A stretch of 64,000 nucleotides of DNA from Armatimonadota bacterium (GTDB taxonomy: Bacteria > Armatimonadota > UBA5829): positions 896,129-960,128 of the forward strand of contig JBMNES010000001.1 in NCBI GenBank assembly GCA_050948905.1, written 5' to 3'. How positions within the stretch are numbered: the first letter of the stretch is position 1; every line of letters begins with the position of its first letter. The notes under the pieces were generated by a model. The model was given only the letters and a program-made list of their open reading frames with translations, was not told the origin of the DNA and did not search any database. Both the position numbers and the translations under genes were made by a program. Shown one piece after another: positions 1 to 8,619 of this stretch.

Positions 1-189
1 ACCCAGCACCTCAGCCGAGCCCGAACTAACCGGCAGCAGCCCCTGAATCACGCGCAGCAGAGTAGTCTTACCGGAACCGTTAGGGCCGGAAATGCCGACG
101 ATGCTCCCCGGCTCAATAGATAAAGTGATATCCTGCAGGGTATTGTTTCCGCGGTATCCCGCATACACATTTTTGAAGTTAATGGGCAT
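1..189 (-). CDS. Metal ABC transporter ATP-binding protein (ZnuC-like), 5' part only; runs off the window edge
   Basis: Manual translation MPINFKNVYAGY...IVGISGPNGSGKTTLLRVI contains a Walker A motif; overlaps the stop of the binding-protein gene. Confidence 0.85.
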   Translation of the reverse strand, partial: MPINFKNVYAGYRGNNTLQDITLSIEPGSIVGISGPNGSGKTTLLRVIQGLLPVSSGSAEVLG

Positions 190-1081
190 TTCGGTTGACG
201 GTTGACGGTTTACGGTTGGTATTGGATTTAAGAGATTTGATTACACGGCGTACGTTGTCCTGCGCGCACTCTTTCCATGTGTCAGTGTCTGCGAAGCCGC
301 CAGGAAAATTGGAAATAGTGACGTGCGTCGCGCCGAGGTCCTTTGCCAGCGGCAGTCCGGCGGTCGGCCCGCTTTGCAGATTATCCACACATATCTTAAC
401 CTGGTTCTTTTGGCCGATATCCGTCATATGGTGCAGAAGAACCGGCGTGAACTGCTCCGCTCTCGGATAAATATCGACAACTTTCAGCCCCATCCACTTC
501 GCGACATCCGCCTGCTGATCAGAACACAGCGCCGGCACCCCATCCGCACCTGCCTCTTCAAGCTGGCTCTTCAGCTCCTCTTCGAGTTTTTTATACTCAT
601 CTTGAAGCCGAACCAGGGCATCTTTATATTCCTCAGAATGAGCAGAGTCCGACTCACACAGCACATCCGCGACTTTCGTGAGCGCAGAGATATAGACGCT
701 CGGAATCATCCAGTTGCCATCGACCGATATAGCAACCTCTTTCGGCCTTTGCCTGCCCGCAGATTCCAACATCCTAGGCACGAAGCCTTCATAACCGTGG
801 GTGAATAAAATCTTGCTCGCACACAGGGTCTTCATATCCTCCGGTCGAATGTCGTAATGACCGGGACAGCTTCCGGGTGCGATTAGAACCCCCACCCTGA
901 CGTGCTCCCCGCCGATCTCCTTTACAGCGCACTCCAAAAGCGAGGTCGTCGTCATAATCTGCATCGGCCCGGCGACGTGGTCATCCTCAGTTGCGGCAGG
1001 TTTGGTCGATACGTACAACCCAACTGCTGCCCCTATCAGCAAAAGAATCACAATATAAACCAGATACTTGCGTGAACGCAT
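179..1081 (-). CDS. Metal ABC transporter substrate-binding protein (ZnuA/TroA cluster A-I-like)
   Basis: N-terminal membrane anchor, IMTTTSLLECAVKEIGGEHVRV and LIAPGSCPGHYDIRPED segments typical of this fold; next to the ABC ATPase. Confidence 0.8.
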   Translation of the reverse strand: MRSRKYLVYIVILLLIGAAVGLYVSTKPAATEDDHVAGPMQIMTTTSLLECAVKEIGGEHVRVGVLIAPGSCPGHYDIRPEDMKTLCASKILFTHGYEGFVPRMLESAGRQRPKEVAISVDGNWMIPSVYISALTKVADVLCESDSAHSEEYKDALVRLQDEYKKLEEELKSQLEEAGADGVPALCSDQQADVAKWMGLKVVDIYPRAEQFTPVLLHHMTDIGQKNQVKICVDNLQSGPTAGLPLAKDLGATHVTISNFPGGFADTDTWKECAQDNVRRVIKSLKSNTNRKPSTVNRNAH

Positions 1082-1678
1082 CTACGGAGACTTCCTCCCG
1101 TCACTGAGCCTTACTATTATCCCTTTTTGATCGTAAGGATACCAGTGCTGTTTTGGTACAGGCATCATATTCTGGGCAAATTCAAGCAACCCGACACTCT
1201 TACCCGGCCCGACACTCCACACGACCCACTTGATAGGGGAATCTTTCTGGCTGCGATAAGCGACGCACTGCTGTTCGCTGACAGGATAATCCGCAGGCAC
1301 ATAGAGGGTGATTTTAGATATGGCATTATTCACATAACCCAACCCCGGCGCGATGTATTTATAGGTTCTGCCGGGGTTAAACGGATCGTAGAATTTTTTG
1401 GAGGAGATATATTTATAGAGAGGTTCCGGCAGTTCGTAGTAGTCGTCTATCTTAACCTGCTGGCACGACTCGCTGGCCAGCGGAGGTTTGCCGTTCCAGT
1501 CGTCGCAATACATCTGTACCGCGTCCGCCACCTGCCTCAGCTCGACGTGCACCCTCGACACCTGCGCCTTCAGCTTAACGCCGACAAACACAGGAAATAA
1601 AATAGCCGTGATGATCGCGATTACCGCGATCACCACGAGCAGTTCTATTAGAGTGAAGCCAGATCTTTTGGCAATCAT
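1082..1678 (-). CDS. Prepilin-type N-terminal cleavage/methylation domain protein (pilin/pseudopilin-like)
   Basis: KRSG|FTLIELLVVIAVIAII class III signal peptide; DPF and WSVGP motifs seen in GspG-like proteins. Confidence 0.85.
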   Translation of the reverse strand: MIAKRSGFTLIELLVVIAVIAIITAILFPVFVGVKLKAQVSRVHVELRQVADAVQMYCDDWNGKPPLASESCQQVKIDDYYELPEPLYKYISSKKFYDPFNPGRTYKYIAPGLGYVNNAISKITLYVPADYPVSEQQCVAYRSQKDSPIKWVVWSVGPGKSVGLLEFAQNMMPVPKQHWYPYDQKGIIVRLSDGRKSP

Positions 1679-3024
1679 TGAGCTACGGCTGCTATATCCT
1701 TTGCACTACCCAACATAAGCACCGGAGCCGACGCGTTCCCCGAAGCCACTGCGGTAATGGTGACCATCGTGCCAGTTGCAGGAACCGCGTAACCGTTGGA
1801 GTTCAGCGTGATAACGCTGTTGTCATCGGTCGTGAAGTTATAAAGCCCACCGCCCTGGCTGGCGCCGATCGTGCCGACGCATCTTACAAGCAGCCCAAAG
1901 ACGTCAAGCCCGGTCTGTCCAGCGAGAGCCTTGCCGTTTACCAGCAACGGAGCCGCACCTATTCGGCTCTTTGCCACGTATTTCGCGTTCAAAGCCTTCT
2001 GGCCGTTGGATTCGGTTACTGTGCCCATTATACTAACAACATCGCCGATAGTTACAGGCCGATCGCTGATAACCTCTACTCCACCTGCCCTGTTGGGGTC
2101 CTGAATAAAGAATCGCCCCTCATATACTCGCGAAACCACCTTTCGAGCGATAGCCACCTGATCGCCAACCGTGCAATCACGCACTTCTCTGCACGCATCC
2201 AGCGCCGTCGCAATATCCCCGGCGTTTCGCAGCAGCATTCTATATACGCTGTGATACACCACAGGGCTGCCTGATCCGCCGTCCTCCTGGTCATATATTC
2301 CGACTACACTGAACTTACCCGCGGGTTGCGATACTCCGGAAAGGTTCACCATCGGCGGGATATACAGGCTGCCAGTTCCGCTTTCGTCTGAAATAGTCAG
2401 GGTGTTATCGCTCGCCCAGGTTCCGGCCGTTATCTGAACGCCATGAAGCATAGTAAACCTGGTCTGATATCTCTCACCACCGTCGTTGCGGGTCTGGTCA
2501 AAGTAATTGCAGTTGCTCAGAGAGGGAATAAGCTCCGGATCCGGCAAACCAGGGTGTCCTATCACTTTTACAACCGGGCAGATGTCGGGATCGCTGGTGT
2601 GGCGGTCGTTTATGAACACTTTAGCATTGTGGTCTGCAAGGAAACCCGTCACGCGCACCCTGTCTCCAGCGCTAAAAGGAGCATACTGTTCAGGCATCCA
2701 ACCACCCAGAGGCCACCAGAAGCTTCCGGCCCATATCTCCATCCCGCCGCGGTCGCATGTCTCGTCCTGGATAAACAGTGCATACATAGCCGAGCCGCTC
2801 CACAGGTCGTTCAGCCCAGCAAGGGCGACTCCCTCGACAGTAACTTTATTGGCCTCAATAACATTCTCGTTATTATCATAAGCCGGCGCATTCACCAGCG
2901 GGTGCGTGCCAAGACCATAAGCATTCACCGCCTGATATTCCCAAAGAGTCGTGGCTGCCGCAGGTATTGCAACAGCGCAGCACAGCGCAAGCAGCGCAAA
3001 AATCGATGTTATCCTCTTCATCAC
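1675..3024 (-). CDS. Secreted hypothetical protein with probable tandem OB-fold-like domains
   Basis: Signal peptide ending in PAAA; repeated FIQD...GG.E...GD.V.V.G patterns; first gene of the operon. Confidence 0.6.
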   Translation of the reverse strand: MMKRITSIFALLALCCAVAIPAAATTLWEYQAVNAYGLGTHPLVNAPAYDNNENVIEANKVTVEGVALAGLNDLWSGSAMYALFIQDETCDRGGMEIWAGSFWWPLGGWMPEQYAPFSAGDRVRVTGFLADHNAKVFINDRHTSDPDICPVVKVIGHPGLPDPELIPSLSNCNYFDQTRNDGGERYQTRFTMLHGVQITAGTWASDNTLTISDESGTGSLYIPPMVNLSGVSQPAGKFSVVGIYDQEDGGSGSPVVYHSVYRMLLRNAGDIATALDACREVRDCTVGDQVAIARKVVSRVYEGRFFIQDPNRAGGVEVISDRPVTIGDVVSIMGTVTESNGQKALNAKYVAKSRIGAAPLLVNGKALAGQTGLDVFGLLVRCVGTIGASQGGGLYNFTTDDNSVITLNSNGYAVPATGTMVTITAVASGNASAPVLMLGSAKDIAAVAQ

Positions 3025-3046
3025 GTATCCTTCCCACTGCCCGGCA

Positions 3047-3073
3047 GTGTTACGATTTATGGCATAGTAACAC
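3047..3073. promoter_or_regulatory. Palindromic operator GTGTTAC-N13-GTAACAC (NikR-like)
   Basis: Perfect 7-bp inverted repeat with a 13-bp spacer, overlapping the -10 box of the metal ABC operon promoter. Confidence 0.6.
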
Positions 3074-3092
3074 GCATATTCATCTTTGTCCA
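3064..3092 (-). promoter_or_regulatory. Sigma70-type promoter of the metal ABC operon
   Basis: Minus strand TGGACA-17 bp-TACTAT with extended -10 TG, about 40 bp upstream of the GTG start. Confidence 0.55.
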
Positions 3093-3135
3093 GCCCAATT
3101 GCTAGTAACGCTCACGAATGATGAGCGGCCTGCCA

Positions 3136-3462
3136 GCAGTGTCCGATCTCTATCTCGGACGAGGGTGTAACGGAGGTCAATTACTAAACTCGGACGCCGC
3201 AGTTAAACTCGTATGCGTCAGATAAATTGTCATTCCGAGGCGAATGCCGAGATATCGTCTTGCCTGTCAAGTTTTGTGATGGGCGGCGATTCGGAAATCG
3301 CCGTAAAACGGGCTTTGAGGTGGCAATTCGGAGATTGCCACCTATCTATTTTGCACAACTCGGAGATTACCACCTGTCTACGGAAGGCTCGTCATTCCGC
3401 GCGTAGTCGCGGAATCCATAGCAATAGTCAAGGCGTGATCCTGCGACTTCGCGCAGGATGAC
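3136..3462. repeat. Cluster of REP-like palindromes from several families
   Basis: GCAGTGTCCGATCTCTATCTCGGAC (3136); GATGGGCGGCGATTCGGAAATCGCC (3278) and an inverted variant (3318-3347); inverted GTCATTCCGCG...GCAGGATGAC doublet (3391-3462). Confidence 0.8.
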
Positions 3463-3484
3463 TAAAAGTGGGTGCACAGGGTGA

Positions 3485-3650
3485 CCGTTAACCGCGAACC
3501 GACAACTGACAACCGAAAACCGACAACCGAAAAAGCAGATTTCTCACTTCGTTCGAAATGACGGGAAAGGTGTTCGAAATGACGGGGAAGGTATTCCAAA
3601 TGACGGGGAAGGCGTTCCAAATGACGACAAAGGCTTTCGAAATGACGGAG
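3485..3650 (+). repeat. Heptamer tract, GAAATGAC hairpin repeat and 21-nt tandem array
   Basis: (ACAACCG)-like units, then AAAAGCAGATTTCTCACTTCGTTCGAAATGAC; AAATGAC ends at 3562, 3583, 3604, 3625 and 3646. Confidence 0.9.
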
Positions 3651-3652
3651 AA

Positions 3653-3674
3653 GGCCGGAGCATTTGCCCCGGCC
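3653..3674 (-). terminator. Possible intrinsic terminator of eno
   Basis: GGCCGGGGC-AAAT-GCTCCGGCC hairpin about 30 bp after the eno stop; weak U-tract. Confidence 0.4.
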
Positions 3675-3702
3675 CGTTTGTTTTGCTTTGTTTGCAGCAG
3701 AT

Positions 3703-4995
<1,293 letters not shown>

Positions 4996-5065
4996 TCACA
5001 TCAGGGATGTTTATGCCCAAAACCCACACATTATAGCACGATTTAAAGGCTGTTTGTTAGGGGGC

Positions 5066-5200
5066 AAAAACGCGAACGCGCGAAAGAAGCGAAAACTAGA
5101 AATGACGATATGGGGAGTCTGAGTAGGTTTGAAGGGACTTCGAGTGACGGATGTCGGTGCATGGAAAAAGCAGATTTCTCGCTGCGCTCGAAATGACGGG
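5066..5200 (+). repeat. Composite intergenic element: CGAAA 9-mer tract plus GAAATGAC hairpin repeat
   Basis: AAAACGCGAACGCGCGAAAGAAGCGAAA...AAAAGCAGATTTCTCGCTGCGCTCGAAATGAC; same layout at 41752 and, inverted, at 60149-60290. Confidence 0.8.
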
Positions 5201-5218
5201 GAGGGATGGCCGGGTTTC

Positions 5219-6094
5219 TCACTTGGGCCAGTTTTGCAGGAATAACAGGGCGTAGTAGTACGCCGCAGGGCCGCTGAAAAGCAGGCTATCGAACCTGTCC
5301 AATACTCCGCCATGACCCGGAACTAGCGTCCCGAAGTCCTTGATCTTCAATTCGCGCTTAATCGCGGATTCGGAGAGGTCGCCGAGCTGGCTGAGCACAC
5401 CGAAGATCGCCCCCATCGCCAGGGAATGATACCACGGGAGATGTATAACCCAACCCGATATCATCGCCACAACCAGCGTCCCTAGAAGCCCCGCGATTGA
5501 GCCTTCGATAGTCTTATTCGGGCTGAGATTAGGGGCAATTTTGGTCTTGCCGAACGCCCGTCCTAAAAAATACGCGCTGGTGTCGCAGGCCCACGTGCAT
5601 AAAAAGACCATCATCACCAGACACGCGCCAATTTCAGGAGTAAACCGCCCCACCTGCACTACTTTTGGAGCACTGGTCATCCCCTCCAACCATACTCCCC
5701 GCAGCACCACCAGATGCGATATAAGCCAGCCGACGTAAATGGCTCCAAAAACCGTGCTTCCGACATTTATGATAGGGGCGCGTTCGCGACGGGTCATCTC
5801 CACGCAAAAAGATAATATAAGAAGTAGAGTCAGCGCAGTGGGGAAAATCGCGCCGATCGTGGTCAGGTCGCCATACTTGAATGTTCGAGCTGAAAATACG
5901 AAAAAGAGTACGGCAAGCACGCCCGTCCATTCCACCGGACGAGCGCCGATCTTGCGAACTCCCCTGTAAAACTCCATCACCCCCAACACGGAGATGACTC
6001 CCATTGCTATTGCGAATGGCAGGCCATGCGGCACGAATATGAGAAGCACAGCAAGAGGAATGCCCACCACCCCGGTCAGAATCCGCACCAGCAT
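5219..6094 (-). CDS. cdsA: Phosphatidate cytidylyltransferase
   Basis: SPNKTIEG and IKDFGTLVPGHGGVLDRFDS signature; multi-pass membrane protein. Confidence 0.95.
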   Translation of the reverse strand: MLVRILTGVVGIPLAVLLIFVPHGLPFAIAMGVISVLGVMEFYRGVRKIGARPVEWTGVLAVLFFVFSARTFKYGDLTTIGAIFPTALTLLLILSFCVEMTRRERAPIINVGSTVFGAIYVGWLISHLVVLRGVWLEGMTSAPKVVQVGRFTPEIGACLVMMVFLCTWACDTSAYFLGRAFGKTKIAPNLSPNKTIEGSIAGLLGTLVVAMISGWVIHLPWYHSLAMGAIFGVLSQLGDLSESAIKRELKIKDFGTLVPGHGGVLDRFDSLLFSGPAAYYYALLFLQNWPK

Positions 6095-6212
6095 TATTTC
6101 ACGCTACTCCCTGACAAACCTCAGCCAATTCTCTCTTAGCAAAGGCATTATATCATTCGGTTATGCTCGCGGCAAATCTGATTTTGAGCAGGGCGGTGGG
6201 AAGGGAATGGAT

Positions 6213-6464
6213 AAAACGCGAAAGTGCGAAAGGGGCGAAAGGCGTCGGGGTGGCGATTCGGAGATCGCCACCCATCGAGATATCACCTGCTCGAAGGGCG
6301 AACATCTTACCTCGGACATCGAAAATGTAGTGGCCGTGTCTCTGTCCCGGCCAGACCCCGCTTCCAGGGAGAGACTGTCCGAGACGGAGATCGGACACTA
6401 CATTATTGTTGCAGGTTTTGAAACCTGTGATATGACGGTTCGCAGATCGACACCTGTCGTGGGA
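6213..6464. repeat. Mosaic REP-like cluster
   Basis: CGAAA 9-mers; GGTGGCGATTCGGAGATCGCCACC hairpin; inverted GTAG-tagged doublet at 6327-6401; CAGGTTTTGAAACCTG hairpin. Confidence 0.75.
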
Positions 6465-6492
6465 TGACCGCGCCTCCAGGCTGGCTTTATCC

Positions 6493-7731
6493 CTACACCC
6501 TCTCCACAGTGTCCGAGAAATCCAGAGCCGGCTGAGTGTCGATGGTGCGGGTTGAGTGATCCACGTCCAGGCTCCAGCGCGGGTTTTTAGATGACATATC
6601 AATGGTGTAGGTTATCCCACACGGATCGCTGGGCTGGTGTCCGATATAGCGCATGGTGTAGTCAGAAATCCACTTCTCCAGCTTCAGAACAGTCAATTTG
6701 CGCCGCAGCCTGCCCTGCATGTCCCGGTTCAAAATGGATGGCAGGGTGTTTGTGGTTACTATCTCATCAACCGCCTGCGTTGCCAGGGTCTCGCGCACCT
6801 CTGGAGAGGAGTAGAAATGGGTCACGAAGAATACCACACGCCCTGCTCCCGCCTCTTTTAGCTGCCGGCAGCACTCCCTGATGGTGTTTCCCGTGCGCAC
6901 CATGTCATCAAAGACAATTACGTCCTTTCCCGCAATCGACTTCTCAGGGCAGGGGGATTCCGGGGATATAAAACTCGACACGCTGCGCTCATCTCTTCGC
7001 TGCTTTGCGAAATACAACAACCCGGCTGTGCTTGAGTTTAGATAATCGTGAACCTGTGTGGCAAACTCCCTGGCTCCATCGTCCGGCGCGCAGACCAGCA
7101 GACCAGCCCCGCTCGAAAGACCAGGCGCCACATCTGAGTTGCGAATATAATCCGCAAACACCTCAGCAGGGTTCAGGTTCACAAACTCACCCTTCATCAC
7201 CTCTCTAAACAGTCTTTGCACGGATTCAGAGTGATTATGGATAGTAATAACCGCATCAACCCCCGCCAGAGACAACGCCTGCGCGTAAAATCGACTCGAA
7301 AACGGCTGACCATCGAACTTCTTATAGTCCTTAGCGCCCCTGGTCCAAGTTACGTCGCCGTGCTCAGGCCTCGGCCCTCTGTCCTGCGCGCTGAAGAACA
7401 GGTCAGGCTCGACCAACACAACCTTCTCCGCCCCGTTGTCCTTAGCCGCCCGCGCCACCAGCATATTTCGCATTGCGAGTTCATTGCGTGTGAGAGTATT
7501 AGAAGCCGTGGAGACCATCACCACCGTAGCCCCACTGAGCTTATTTCCTATCTCATCCATGTCCTTTTCATCGGAAATAAAGCGGGGGCAAAACTCGGTG
7601 TTGGCGAAAGTTTTAAGAGAGATAACATCGGCAATATCGGTCATCTGGCCACAATATACGCCGATATCTATGGCGAACGGGTTATCCGATTCCGTACCGG
7701 TTATAAGCACTGTATTTCGGCCGGCAGACAT
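6493..7731 (-). CDS. prs: Ribose-phosphate pyrophosphokinase family protein (divergent)
   Basis: KTFANTEF, SAQDR, APDDGA and PRPP-binding DVIVFDDMVRTGNT motifs. Confidence 0.8.
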   Translation of the reverse strand: MSAGRNTVLITGTESDNPFAIDIGVYCGQMTDIADVISLKTFANTEFCPRFISDEKDMDEIGNKLSGATVVMVSTASNTLTRNELAMRNMLVARAAKDNGAEKVVLVEPDLFFSAQDRGPRPEHGDVTWTRGAKDYKKFDGQPFSSRFYAQALSLAGVDAVITIHNHSESVQRLFREVMKGEFVNLNPAEVFADYIRNSDVAPGLSSGAGLLVCAPDDGAREFATQVHDYLNSSTAGLLYFAKQRRDERSVSSFISPESPCPEKSIAGKDVIVFDDMVRTGNTIRECCRQLKEAGAGRVVFFVTHFYSSPEVRETLATQAVDEIVTTNTLPSILNRDMQGRLRRKLTVLKLEKWISDYTMRYIGHQPSDPCGITYTIDMSSKNPRWSLDVDHSTRTIDTQPALDFSDTVERV

Positions 7732-7750
7732 AGCAATCCCTCTTTTCTAT

Positions 7751-8557
7751 CTAAAATGACCTGTGCCGTTTGATCGAAAAATATGCCCTGCCCACCAGCT
7801 TTCGCGCCAGCCTGGGCAACAGTCGAATACGCATGCCAGGAGATGCAGTTTTCCAATAATTCCAGATCAGGGCGGTCAATAATTTATTGTCGTTAAGACG
7901 ATCGACCCCGTAGTTCACATTCGCGCCGTGCAGCCTGTATTTGGCCAACGTCTCAGGCAAATGAACCACTGGCGCGATCATCAAAATTTTTAACCACGCA
8001 TCAAAGTCATCACAGGTGGAGTAACGGCCATCAAACAGGCCGATATCGATCATCACTTGCCGCTTTGCCATCACCGCGCTGGCCGAAATCGTATAATTTC
8101 CGTGGCTGACGAACCAATAGAAATCCGGCCTCTGCGGGATGATGCTCTGGTCGAGATTCAGCCTGTTGGCGTTCGGCCCAAAAACTTCCAGATCGCAAAA
8201 TACCATCCCCGCATCGGGATTTTCCGCCATCGCCTCCACTTGCCGAGCCAGTTTATCCGGCAGCCAGATATCGTCGTGATCCAGAAAGGCGACAAACTCA
8301 CCTTTGGCTTCCCTGACACCCATGTTGCGCGACTCCGCCTGTCGCAGGTTGGTCTCGTTGCGAATAATTCGCACATTCGGCAGGTTATCAATGGACTCTA
8401 TAAGCGGCGCCGGATCAATCGGAGAACAATCGTCGATCGCCACCAGCTCATAGTCCCGAAAACTCTGCGCCGCAACCGAATCCAGCGCCTCGCGCAGGTA
8501 ATCTTCGTGCACCTGCGACGAACAATATACCGGCACGACTACTGACACCTTTGGCAT
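7751..8557 (-). CDS. Glycosyltransferase family 2
   Basis: VSVVVPVY, IDDCS, SRNMG, AFLDHDDIWLPDKL motifs. Confidence 0.9.
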   Translation of the reverse strand: MPKVSVVVPVYCSSQVHEDYLREALDSVAAQSFRDYELVAIDDCSPIDPAPLIESIDNLPNVRIIRNETNLRQAESRNMGVREAKGEFVAFLDHDDIWLPDKLARQVEAMAENPDAGMVFCDLEVFGPNANRLNLDQSIIPQRPDFYWFVSHGNYTISASAVMAKRQVMIDIGLFDGRYSTCDDFDAWLKILMIAPVVHLPETLAKYRLHGANVNYGVDRLNDNKLLTALIWNYWKTASPGMRIRLLPRLARKLVGRAYFSIKRHRSF

Positions 8558-8619
8558 TTGTCTTTATTGTAGCGCAAAAACGACTTCGATGGAACAGGGG
8601 TGAACGGCAACAAATCCGG

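Noticed and set aside
3030-3230. Cobalamin or NiCo riboswitch upstream of the metal operon
   Set aside because: Only a CACTG...GGGAAG fragment resembles a B12 element. The other hairpins match dispersed REP families, and the predicted promoter leaves only a leader of about 35 nt.
3552-3650. The 21-23-nt arrays as CRISPR arrays
   Set aside because: The constant part is only about 10 nt, the variable parts are 10-12 nt and resemble each other within a locus, and no cas genes are present.
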